Source of the DNA: an uncultured Candidatus Saccharibacteria bacterium
GTDB taxonomy: Bacteria; Patescibacteriota; Minisyncoccia; Minisyncoccales; Staskawiczbacteraceae
Reading direction: 5' to 3'
Assembly: GCA_964363825.1 (NCBI GenBank)
Contig: CAYIJR010000001.1
Location: forward strand, 1 to 34,270
Length of the DNA stretch: 34,270 nt
Shown here: piece by piece, positions 15,713-24,381 of the stretch
Numbering within the stretch: the first letter of the stretch is position 1
Layout: each line of letters begins with the position of its first letter
The notes under the pieces: model-generated
Told to the model about the DNA's origin: nothing
The model's input: only the letters and a program-made list of their open reading frames with translations
Databases searched by the model: none
Translations under genes and position numbers: made by a program

Positions 15713-15715
15713 ATG

Positions 15716-16300
15716 TTAAAGATTAAAGATATATACTCTTGATAAGTCCCTGCCATGAACAGAAACTTTCTTAGCAAAAACAAAGCCATTTTTTTCATAA
15801 AAAGCAATTGCGGGCTTTAAAAATTCACCCACAATAACTTTAAAAGACTTAATGTCTCTTTTCTTCATTGCACCTTTAAACTCATTAAACATTAAGCTGC
15901 CCACCCCCTTGTTTTGAAACTTCTGGTCAACAGCAATAGTTAAAAGCTCCGCCTTTGGTAAATCTTTGGCCTTTGAGGGATATATCAGTGTTTCAAAAAC
16001 TTTTTTGAAAAAAGAAAAACTTACTATTTTTGGCAAAAACAATAAAAGAGAATAGAAAAAATATTTTCTTAGGAAGTAATTGTAAAACTTATTCATATCT
16101 GTGATTCCAGAAACAAAGCCGGCCGGCTGGCCGTTTTCTTTGGCAATAATACAAAAACTATAGTTAGAATTTATTAGGGCAAGGTAAAACTTTTCCAGAA
16201 AAGAGATCGGCAGTGTGCTTAAAAATCCCTTTTTAATTTCTGATTTATGGATTTTTGCAATAGCCAATGCGTCGTTTTTTTGGGCTGGATAAATAATCAT
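15716..16300 (-). CDS. GNAT-family N-acetyltransferase
   Basis: 194 aa. AVDQKFQNKGVGSLMFNEF matches the acetyl-CoA-binding Q/R-x-x-G-x-G/A motif. Confidence 0.75.
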   Translation of the reverse strand: MIIYPAQKNDALAIAKIHKSEIKKGFLSTLPISFLEKFYLALINSNYSFCIIAKENGQPAGFVSGITDMNKFYNYFLRKYFFYSLLLFLPKIVSFSFFKKVFETLIYPSKAKDLPKAELLTIAVDQKFQNKGVGSLMFNEFKGAMKKRDIKSFKVIVGEFLKPAIAFYEKNGFVFAKKVSVHGRDLSRVYIFNL

Positions 16301-16301
16301 G

Positions 16302-17465
16302 TTAGCTTTTCTCTAATAAGCCTTGATATTCTTTTTTTATTCTATCAAAAACCAATCTTTCATCAAACTTCCTCATAACTATTATTCTGCCGTTTTTTCC
16401 TATCTCTTTCGCTTCTTTGGGATGATTTATTAAATATATAAGGGCTTTTGATAATTCAAGAGAATTGCCCAGGGGCACCAATTTTCCAGTTACCCCATCT
16501 TCAACTGACTCTCGACAACCCCTGATATTGGTGGCTATCACTGGTTTTTCCATAGCCGAAGCTTCAATGATTGAAATTCCCAGTCCTTCTCGGTAGGATG
16601 GCAAGACAAAAATATCCATGAGAGCATAAATTTCATCAACATCAGTCCTTTCTCCTAAAAATACGACATTTTTTTCTATGCTATATTTTTTAATAATATT
16701 AGTGTTTATCATATCTTTTTTCCCCGGCTCTAAAAAACCGACTACCAAAAGGGTGATTTCCGGAAAACGGCTGATAATTTTTTCAAATGCTTCAAAAAGA
16801 TCTACATATCCTTTTTCTTTTACGAGTCTTGCTACAATCCCAATAACCTTATGATTCGGATTTATATTGAGCTGTTTTTTCTTTTCAAGAATAAATTCTT
16901 CAGAAAATCTTTCCTGATTAAACTTTTGCATATCAATCCCTCCGCCAAAATACCTTATTACATCAGGGAAACAAATTTTTTCTTCAATTGCCGTTTTCAT
17001 ATCTTCCCTATTTACAAAAAAAATAAGGCTTGAACAGCTTGCTATAATCTTCTCTATAAAAATAAAAATGGCTCTTTTCCAATAAGAGTCCTCTTTTTGA
17101 AAATAAAAACCATGAATAGTGTTCACAATGATGGGTGTACCGGCCATCTTAGCGGCTAATTGGCCGATTAAGCTGGCCTTGGGAGTATGAGTATGAACAA
17201 TATTAAACTTTTCTTTTTTCAAATAAAAAAATAATTTAATGAAAGAAATTACATCAGAAATAGGGCTGATTTTTCTCTTAAATTTTATGGTTTTTACTTT
17301 TATGCCATATTCTTCTATATCTTTTATCCATTTTCCGGGGGAGCAAACAACATAAACATCATAACCCTCTTTTTGCAGAAACTTTAACTGATTAAATAAT
17401 ATAAATTTTAATGTAATATCAACGCTAACAATATAGCAAATTTTCAATCTTTTAGAGGATTCCAT
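16302..17465 (-). CDS. GT-B fold glycosyltransferase (GT4-like)
   Basis: 387 aa. The C-terminal region PSYREGLGISIIEASAMEKPVIATNIRGCRESVEDGVTG carries the E-x7-E motif. Confidence 0.85.
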   Translation of the reverse strand: MESSKRLKICYIVSVDITLKFILFNQLKFLQKEGYDVYVVCSPGKWIKDIEEYGIKVKTIKFKRKISPISDVISFIKLFFYLKKEKFNIVHTHTPKASLIGQLAAKMAGTPIIVNTIHGFYFQKEDSYWKRAIFIFIEKIIASCSSLIFFVNREDMKTAIEEKICFPDVIRYFGGGIDMQKFNQERFSEEFILEKKKQLNINPNHKVIGIVARLVKEKGYVDLFEAFEKIISRFPEITLLVVGFLEPGKKDMINTNIIKKYSIEKNVVFLGERTDVDEIYALMDIFVLPSYREGLGISIIEASAMEKPVIATNIRGCRESVEDGVTGKLVPLGNSLELSKALIYLINHPKEAKEIGKNGRIIVMRKFDERLVFDRIKKEYQGLLEKS

Positions 17466-17469
17466 ATCA

Positions 17470-18450
17470 TTATTTTTGCAATCCCAGCCACTGCCTATTT
17501 TTCACCGTCCACTCGACGGTTTTTTTAAGAGAAGATTCTAAGTTAATGGCCGGCTGCCAGCCCATTTTTAATATTTTTTCTCCCGAAGTGCCGTATCTTT
17601 TATCAATGCCCGGGCGGGCGGCAATGGGATCAACAAACTGAATTTCACTATCTTTTAAGTTTCTTGATTTGATTATTTTACAAATTAAATTTGCCATTTG
17701 CAGAACCGTTTTTTCTTCTCCGGCAACATTATAAAATTCGCCTGTTTTTCCTTGTTTTAATAAAAAAATGACCGCGCTGGCAATGTTTTCTGCATGGATC
17801 CAATGCCTTGAAATCAAGTCTTTTTTAGAGCCGTGGATAATAACTTTTTCATTGCTTAAAATTGACTTAATTGTTTTAGGAATAAATTTTTCGGGATTTT
17901 GGCGCTCCCCTATTATATTATTTGAACGGATAATTGAAATTGGCAGCCCAAATGCGTGGGCAAAACTAAAAGATATCATTTCTTGTCCCGCTTTGCTGGC
18001 GGCATAAGGATTTGACGGCTTAAATCTATCTTCCTCTGTAAAGTAATGCCCCTTTAAAGAAGAACCAAATACCTCATCTGAAGAGAAAATCACCGTTTTG
18101 CATTTGGGCTGGTAATGCTTAAAGTATTCCAGCAAGTTAGCCGTTCCTAAAACATTGGCCATAATAAATGGGATGCTGTCTTGAAGGCTTCTATCAACGT
18201 GCGATTCAGCGGCAAAATGGACGCAGTAATCCAATTTTCCCAAAAAACCGCTGGTAGTTTTTGATATCGGCGCCCTTAAATCGTGCCAAACAAATGTTAG
18301 CCGCTTTGAATTAGCAATCCTATTCATATTGCCGGCATAGTTCAAAGAATCCAAAACCGCAATATCCCAATCGGTATTTCTTAAGATGTAATCAATGCAG
18401 TGGTGTCCCACAAACCCTGCGCCACCGGTGATTAATATTTTTTTATTCAT
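17470..18450 (-). CDS. NAD-dependent sugar epimerase/dehydratase (extended SDR)
   Basis: 326 aa. Motifs are ITGGAGFVGHH and YAASKAGQE (YxxxK). Confidence 0.85.
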   Translation of the reverse strand: MNKKILITGGAGFVGHHCIDYILRNTDWDIAVLDSLNYAGNMNRIANSKRLTFVWHDLRAPISKTTSGFLGKLDYCVHFAAESHVDRSLQDSIPFIMANVLGTANLLEYFKHYQPKCKTVIFSSDEVFGSSLKGHYFTEEDRFKPSNPYAASKAGQEMISFSFAHAFGLPISIIRSNNIIGERQNPEKFIPKTIKSILSNEKVIIHGSKKDLISRHWIHAENIASAVIFLLKQGKTGEFYNVAGEEKTVLQMANLICKIIKSRNLKDSEIQFVDPIAARPGIDKRYGTSGEKILKMGWQPAINLESSLKKTVEWTVKNRQWLGLQK

Positions 18451-19261
18451 ATTGCTTCTTAATTATATTGTACACTGACCGGATTTTATTTTTAAATGGC
18501 AAAAATGAAGATAGATAATGCATCCACCCGAAAATAATCGCCTTGCTATAATTTGGGTAGTTCATACGGTATTCTTTTCGTATTGCAATCTCCTCTTTAA
18601 GGTTTTTCCTTACATTAAAATTAGTAATGTTGTTTTCCCACTTTAAATAATTAACGAAATATTCGGGAAAATTATAGAGTTTACCCATTTTGCCCAACTC
18701 CAGCCATAGCGCCCAATCGCAGTATAACCACTCTTCGCTGTACTTCCCAGCCTTTTCCCAATCTTTTTTCCTAAAAACGACGCTGGAGTGGACAAACTGG
18801 TTTTTCAAAAGAATCTGTTTTCTTATTTCTTTGTTTTCTTTGGGTGATAAATATCTAAAAATCTCTTTTCCGGTTTTATCTATCCATATTGCCCCTCCAC
18901 CGACTAAAAAATAATCTTTACGGTTTTGTAAAAATCCCACCTGTTTTTCTAATTTCTGGGGATCTGGCCAAGTATCATCGTCATCTATTCTGGCAATATA
19001 TTCTCCACGAGCCAGGGAAACCCCCCTATTTAAGCTTTTTTGATATCCTGAATTAGTTTCATTTGTTAAAGCAATAATTCGCTTATCTTTTCTGGCAAGC
19101 TCCGAAATAACCTCAAGAGTTTTATCCGTTGAAGCATCATTAACGATGACTAATTCTATGTTTTTATAAGTTTGTGCAAAGACACTGTCAGCAGCTTTTT
19201 TTAGATATTCTGCCCGGTTATGAGTAGCCATCACCACCGAAACTAATGGATTATCATGCAT
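18443..19261 (-). CDS. GT2-family glycosyltransferase
   Basis: 272 aa. Motifs are VSVVMATHNRAEYL, IVNDASTD and IARIDDDD (DxD). Confidence 0.85.
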   Translation of the reverse strand: MHDNPLVSVVMATHNRAEYLKKAADSVFAQTYKNIELVIVNDASTDKTLEVISELARKDKRIIALTNETNSGYQKSLNRGVSLARGEYIARIDDDDTWPDPQKLEKQVGFLQNRKDYFLVGGGAIWIDKTGKEIFRYLSPKENKEIRKQILLKNQFVHSSVVFRKKDWEKAGKYSEEWLYCDWALWLELGKMGKLYNFPEYFVNYLKWENNITNFNVRKNLKEEIAIRKEYRMNYPNYSKAIIFGWMHYLSSFLPFKNKIRSVYNIIKKQYE

Positions 19262-19265
19262 GCAA

Positions 19266-20315
19266 TTATTTTTTTACTATTTTTTCGATTTGCGAATAAA
19301 CATATTGAGCTACTTTTTTATGGCTATAATTATCTCTAACAAATTGCATGCCCCGTTTTTGGATTTGCAAAAGCTTATCGGGATTATTAATATAAAAGGA
19401 AACTTTATCTTTGAAGTTATTGATATCAAATTCTTTGTGTTTAATGCAATTTATCCCATCTTCAAACCCGTAATCGGCAAAACAAGGGTGTTGGGAGCAA
19501 ACTAATACGGAGCCTGCAGCCGGCCCTTCAAATGTTTTAGCCGGGGGAAAATACTGAAGGCTTTCGCAACTGACAAACATCTTGTATTGGTTAAAAACTT
19601 GGACAATATCATAATCAAAATCTTTAACTTTGGGAAAATGCGGAAGCTTGCTATCCATAACTTCTGGCAAATGGGCCTCATTTTCAACCAGCATGCGCCG
19701 GAACTTATGCATAAATTTTTCACCGCGAGCTAAAAAAAACTTATTTACCTCTTCAAACGAGTCTACAGCATGCAAGGGGTCAATAAAAGAGTTTACCGAT
19801 CCAAGCGCTATTACTTTATTTTTTCTTTTGCCAAATGCAGCCGCCTCTTTAAATCTCGGAGCAAAACCGAACGGCACTGGGATAACTTTATCCTTATACT
19901 GGGGATATTTTTCTTGAAAAAGGGGGCAATATTTGTCGTGGCGGGCATATCCAAAAACAAAATCAACTCCGGCTTCGCGTAAAATATTGTTGCTTTGCGT
20001 TGGAAAGTACGTATAATCCATCAGATGATATATTTTAAAGCCCCTAAAACCTTTCGCTGGCTTATTTTGTTCCATGTAAGGCCACCCGTTAAAGCAGGTT
20101 AAAACATCTGCGTTTTTATTCAAATTTTTTAAAGAAAAAATAATCTTGTAATCAAACGGGTTCAGCCTGAATCGATAAAAAAAGTGAAGCAATCTTGGAA
20201 TATACCTAATATCAGATACAAAAATAGCCGGTTTGTATAATTTCATAAATTCCAAAATCCACCCGTTTACTCCGGCCGCTCCGCTAAACATTGGATTGTG
20301 GACTGCGATCTTCAT
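19266..20315 (-). CDS. Hypothetical protein with a CgeB-like (Glyco_trans_1_2) C-terminal domain
   Basis: 349 aa. The C-terminus FEGPAAGSVLVCSQ...GFEDGINCIKHKEFDINNFKDKVSFYINNPDKLLQIQKRGMQFVRDNYSHKKVAQYV resembles the CgeB/DUF3880-type GT1 C-terminal domain. The N-terminal half is unrecognised. Confidence 0.5.
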   Translation of the reverse strand: MKIAVHNPMFSGAAGVNGWILEFMKLYKPAIFVSDIRYIPRLLHFFYRFRLNPFDYKIIFSLKNLNKNADVLTCFNGWPYMEQNKPAKGFRGFKIYHLMDYTYFPTQSNNILREAGVDFVFGYARHDKYCPLFQEKYPQYKDKVIPVPFGFAPRFKEAAAFGKRKNKVIALGSVNSFIDPLHAVDSFEEVNKFFLARGEKFMHKFRRMLVENEAHLPEVMDSKLPHFPKVKDFDYDIVQVFNQYKMFVSCESLQYFPPAKTFEGPAAGSVLVCSQHPCFADYGFEDGINCIKHKEFDINNFKDKVSFYINNPDKLLQIQKRGMQFVRDNYSHKKVAQYVYSQIEKIVKK

Positions 20316-20322
20316 GAGGAGT

Positions 20323-21201
20323 TTATGAATTGCCTTTATTTTTTACTACTAAATAGAAATAATTATTAGAGGGTTTACAAATTTTTTTCAGAAAATCAAA
20401 CACAAAATAATTATAACTTTCCGTATATGTACGGACATTTTGGCTTGCAATGTCCTCAATAATTTTTGAGGTATTAAAGTTGATAAAATTCAGCTGATAA
20501 TCAACATAATCAAAAACTTTTGCTTTGTTCTCTTCATTAAAGGAGGTTATCATTCGCCTTGATAACATTCTAAAAAAAGAGGAGGTTATTTTTTTTATCC
20601 TCAGTAAAACACTGATATCAGTTGTATCATAACCAAAAAGATAAGCCGCCCGGGCATCAATATATTTGGAAAAATCTGGCTCATTCCTGGCAGATATATT
20701 GGGTTCGTGCAAAGCAATATAAACGCCGCCCGGGGATAAAATGTTTTCAAGGCCATGCAAAAAAATCTTCGGGTCAAATAAATGGTGCAAAAAAGAAAAA
20801 GAGAAAATCACATCAAATTTTTTATTTTTCATTTGCATCTCTTCAATAAAATCTTCCGCTGATTTTGCGTAAAAACTGATGCGCGCTGAAGAGGAATTGG
20901 GCTTTAAGGATTTTTCTCGCGCCCTATCAACCATTTTTTCAGAAATATCAATACCCATATAGCTATCGATGTTTTGCGTTAATAGAAATCCTAAAAAATT
21001 GCCGGTTCCACAGCCAAGCTCTAAAACATTAGCTTTTTTCAGTTCCATATTTGATTTTCCAATAATTCTAAGAAATAGGTTTTCGTAAAACTTTTTACAG
21101 TTATTTTTAGAAATATATGAATTAACCTTATCGTGGCGATGAGCGATTTGATTATGGAATAGCCGATTAGTTTCTAATATTTCTTTTTGTTTGGCAATCA
21201 T
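20323..21201 (-). CDS. Class I SAM-dependent methyltransferase
   Basis: 292 aa. VLELGCGTGNFLGFL is motif I, and DVIFSFSFLHHL is also present. Confidence 0.8.
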   Translation of the reverse strand: MIAKQKEILETNRLFHNQIAHRHDKVNSYISKNNCKKFYENLFLRIIGKSNMELKKANVLELGCGTGNFLGFLLTQNIDSYMGIDISEKMVDRAREKSLKPNSSSARISFYAKSAEDFIEEMQMKNKKFDVIFSFSFLHHLFDPKIFLHGLENILSPGGVYIALHEPNISARNEPDFSKYIDARAAYLFGYDTTDISVLLRIKKITSSFFRMLSRRMITSFNEENKAKVFDYVDYQLNFINFNTSKIIEDIASQNVRTYTESYNYFVFDFLKKICKPSNNYFYLVVKNKGNS

Positions 21202-21213
21202 AAAAAATATGGA

Positions 21214-22137
21214 TTAAAAACTGTTATTTCTAATAATATTCCTAAAAATCTTTGCCAGTTTGTAAATGGTGAGCGCTCCGATATCCCATAAAGAAAGATT
21301 TTGGAATATATACTCCCCTTCTATCTTATGTAAATTCTTTCTAAGGTTTTTTGCGGCAGCCGGATTTAATTCTTCAAGTTTTTTTAAAACGTGCTGTTTA
21401 ACCAATAATTCTTCTGTTTTTGCAGCAGGATCTGACTCGTGCTTAGCAAAGTATTTTCTTTGCTGGGCATAGAAATTGCCCAACGGCTCATTAATGTAAA
21501 AAGAATTAAATTTTTTTACGACATCAACGTAAAACTTCCAGTCTGATGCCCATTCAATCCCTTCTGAAAATTTAATCCCGTTTATCGCTTCCCGAGAAAA
21601 CATGCAGGCAATCGGAGCTCCAACCCAATTGCCAATCTGGACAAAGGCCTTGAGGGCCTCTATGGGAATAAAGAGTATATTTTTTTTAAAAGAAATTTTT
21701 TTCTCAACTTTATTCCCAGAAGTGTGGATATAATATCCGGAAGACACAAGCCCAAGCTTTGGATTGTTTTGAAAAACATGTATCAGCGTCTCTAAACAGT
21801 TATCCTCTATCGTATCTCCAGCAAATACAAATTTTAAATAAGGATGATGAGTTTGTCTGAATATTTCTATGCATCGATTCCAATTTCCAATACGGCCGAG
21901 ATTTTCTTTATTTTCAATAACATGGATTTTGTGACCCATTTCCAAATCAAGATTAAATTGATGAACGGCATCAACCGTATGGTCAGTAGATTGGTTGTCA
22001 ATAACAAGAACGTCAAACTGCTTAAAAGTTTGGCGTAAAATACTTTTAATTGTGCCCAACAAACAGTCCTCGGCATTGTAAGCAGGGATGCAAACAAGAA
22101 CTTTGTTTTGAGAATTTTTTAAAAAATCCATAAGCAT
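21214..22137 (-). CDS. GT2-family glycosyltransferase
   Basis: 307 aa. Motifs are VCIPAYNAEDCL and VIDNQSTD. Confidence 0.85.
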   Translation of the reverse strand: MLMDFLKNSQNKVLVCIPAYNAEDCLLGTIKSILRQTFKQFDVLVIDNQSTDHTVDAVHQFNLDLEMGHKIHVIENKENLGRIGNWNRCIEIFRQTHHPYLKFVFAGDTIEDNCLETLIHVFQNNPKLGLVSSGYYIHTSGNKVEKKISFKKNILFIPIEALKAFVQIGNWVGAPIACMFSREAINGIKFSEGIEWASDWKFYVDVVKKFNSFYINEPLGNFYAQQRKYFAKHESDPAAKTEELLVKQHVLKKLEELNPAAAKNLRKNLHKIEGEYIFQNLSLWDIGALTIYKLAKIFRNIIRNNSF

Positions 22138-22158
22138 ATTTTTCCATTTTCTGTTTAA

Positions 22159-22920
22159 CTATATTTTTATTTCGCCTTTATTTAATTTCCCTAAAAATGT
22201 ATTTAGGTCTTCTGGCGTACCTAATCCATGCATTTTTTCCACAGGAATCGGGTGAATGTAAATATTCTTATCTTGGAGAATCAGCTCGTTATAAACCGGG
22301 CACACATAAAATTCATTGTTGTAGCGGATATTTTTTTCTATCATTGCCTGGGATGACTGAACAAAATCACTTCCCTTTTTAAAATAGTAAATTCCAACTG
22401 TTGCATCGTTGGAAATGACTTTTTTTTCTGCAGCCTCCAAAACCTTTTTACTGCCATCGGTCCGCGCATAACTCCATTTGGGATGATTGGCGTTAAACGT
22501 CATAATCAAGCCGTCTTTTGCTCCTTCTCGGGCATCATGAATAAAATCGTTAATATTGATATCAACCAATTGATCGGAATTGGCAATTAAAAGATCGTTA
22601 TCATTATTGATGTGCTGCAGAGCCAAAAGTACGGTACAAACAGCGCCCTCGGTAATCCCATTCACAGTTACTATTTCAAAGTTATTATTACTGGCCCGTT
22701 TTAACACATTATAGAGGTCATAGGTGTCATGGTGCTCTTTTTGGCAAATAAAGATAAATTTATGCTTTACTGCAGGAGTTAAATTATTGACCACCAGCTC
22801 GATCATACTTTTGCCGCCAACCTCAATTAAGGGCTTGGGAAAGGTGTAGCCGGCATCTTTAAAACGTTGTCCGCGCCCGGCCATTGGTATGACAAGGTTT
22901 AATATTTTCTCATTTTCCAT
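22159..22920 (-). CDS. Sugar/alcohol-phosphate nucleotidyltransferase (NTP_transferase fold)
   Basis: 253 aa. The N-terminus has IPMAGRGQRF and KPLIEVGGKSMIE. The substrate cannot be assigned from the sequence alone. Confidence 0.7.
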   Translation of the reverse strand: MENEKILNLVIPMAGRGQRFKDAGYTFPKPLIEVGGKSMIELVVNNLTPAVKHKFIFICQKEHHDTYDLYNVLKRASNNNFEIVTVNGITEGAVCTVLLALQHINNDNDLLIANSDQLVDININDFIHDAREGAKDGLIMTFNANHPKWSYARTDGSKKVLEAAEKKVISNDATVGIYYFKKGSDFVQSSQAMIEKNIRYNNEFYVCPVYNELILQDKNIYIHPIPVEKMHGLGTPEDLNTFLGKLNKGEIKI

Positions 22921-22932
22921 AGGATGTATAAG

Positions 22933-23544
22933 TTAATTAAATAGTATATCTTTAAAAAGTGACAAATCAACATCTTGGCAGCCCCTTACTTCAAAAACCG
23001 TCGCGCCGCTAGCCTTGGCAGCGGCTACCCCATGGGGAGCGTCTTCTACAATGATACACTCTTGCGGCGTTAGGTTAAGAGTTTGGAATGCTTTCAGATA
23101 AATTTCTGGATCTGGCTTGGGTTTTTGCACTTGGTCGTTGCCAATAATAACATCAAAGAAATCATAGAGGCCAGCTGACTTTAACATCAGCGAGAGAGTT
23201 TCATTAATAGAATTTGAACAACAAGCAAGTTTAAATCCTCTTTTTTTTAAGTGTTTTAGAAGAATAATTTTTGAGTAATCCGGCACGCAGTATTTGGGAA
23301 TAATATCTTTGGTGTGCTGCTGTTTCACGCCATTAATGAATTCTCGCAGACCCATAGGCAATCTTCCTTGTTTTTCTAATTCTTCAATTTTTTTACGGGT
23401 TGGCAAACCATTAAAGTAATTTTTATGTTCTTGTTCGTTTATTTGGACGCCAAAATAGCCCAGCGCTTTGTTAAGCGCTTCAAAATGACCTTGAGGCATA
23501 TCCACAAGCACCCCATCTAAATCAAACAGTATTGCTTTAATCAT
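22933..23544 (-). CDS. HAD-IA family hydrolase (beta-phosphoglucomutase/phosphatase-like)
   Basis: 203 aa. The four HAD motifs are ILFDLDGVLVD, CCSNS, KPKPDPEIY and VEDAPHGVAAAKASG. Confidence 0.85.
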   Translation of the reverse strand: MIKAILFDLDGVLVDMPQGHFEALNKALGYFGVQINEQEHKNYFNGLPTRKKIEELEKQGRLPMGLREFINGVKQQHTKDIIPKYCVPDYSKIILLKHLKKRGFKLACCSNSINETLSLMLKSAGLYDFFDVIIGNDQVQKPKPDPEIYLKAFQTLNLTPQECIIVEDAPHGVAAAKASGATVFEVRGCQDVDLSLFKDILFN

Positions 23545-23556
23545 ATTCTTGGTTAT

Positions 23557-23632
23557 TAGGCCTGTTGCGAAATAAGAATTTGTGCCTAAATTTCTGTATT
23601 TCGCTTACTAACCTTATTTCGCAACAGGTCTA
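23557..23632. mobile_element. Short (72 bp + TA flanks) second copy of the MITE-like element seen at 4487-4647
   Basis: The structure is TA|GGCCTGTTGCGAAATAAG (23559-23576) ... CTTATTTCGCAACAGGTC (23613-23630)|TA, with the TIRs 17/18 complementary. Its TIR matches the copy-1 TIR at 16/18. The subterminal AATT..G.GC..AAATTTC is similar in both copies. The element supplies the last 6 codons and the stop of the GDPD gene. Confidence 0.5.
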
Positions 23633-24381
23633 TTAAAAAAAGTTAGGGCTTTTTGGGGGAAATCAGTACAAATCCCGTCAAATTCATATGATGCTATGTT
23701 GTTCCACAATGCCTCCGGATTACCAGAAAAAGGGTGACGTTCTCCTTTATGAAGCTCTGGTGAAATAACATATATTTCCTTTTTTGCATCTTTACAATAG
23801 TTGAAAAAGTCAGAATTGTAAAGACCTTCCTGCCACTCATCAGCCCATATAATATCAATGGATTCTAAATATGATTTTATATCTAAAAACGTATAAACAG
23901 CGGGACCATAATTTTTTTCTCCCACTGAAACGCCGATTTTACACATTGGGTAGCGTTTTTTTATTAATTGTATATCTTTTAAAAGAACATTGAAGATAAA
24001 TACTTGTTTTTCCAACTTATGGTCTTTAATTTCTTGGCAGGCCTTGTATATAAGATCAAGATTGTCGTAATCTTTAATATGTAAAGCAATAACTTGGCCA
24101 GGTTTAAGCAAATCTGATAACCTCCCTGCAAAGCCTTCAAACGAAGGAATAAGCTCTTGAAATATTTTATCTTTGCTGATTAATTTTTGATACTCACAAT
24201 CACGTACGTTGACATCAATGCCAAAGCTATGGCTCAGATTTTGATCGTGGACAATCATAACTATTCCATCCTTAGAAAGCCTCAAATCTGTCTCAAGAGA
24301 AAATCCGCGCTTTAAGGCTTCATTAAGCGCCCTTAAAGAATTGGGGGCGTATTCTATGCCCCTATGGGATAAGATAAGCAT
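23614..24381 (-). CDS. Glycerophosphodiester phosphodiesterase (GDPD) family protein
   Basis: 255 aa. Motifs are LSHRG, ETDLRLSKDGIVMIVHD and a downstream HIK. The C-terminal NRPVAK* is encoded by the inverted-repeat element. Confidence 0.8.
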   Translation of the reverse strand: MLILSHRGIEYAPNSLRALNEALKRGFSLETDLRLSKDGIVMIVHDQNLSHSFGIDVNVRDCEYQKLISKDKIFQELIPSFEGFAGRLSDLLKPGQVIALHIKDYDNLDLIYKACQEIKDHKLEKQVFIFNVLLKDIQLIKKRYPMCKIGVSVGEKNYGPAVYTFLDIKSYLESIDIIWADEWQEGLYNSDFFNYCKDAKKEIYVISPELHKGERHPFSGNPEALWNNIASYEFDGICTDFPQKALTFFNRPVAK

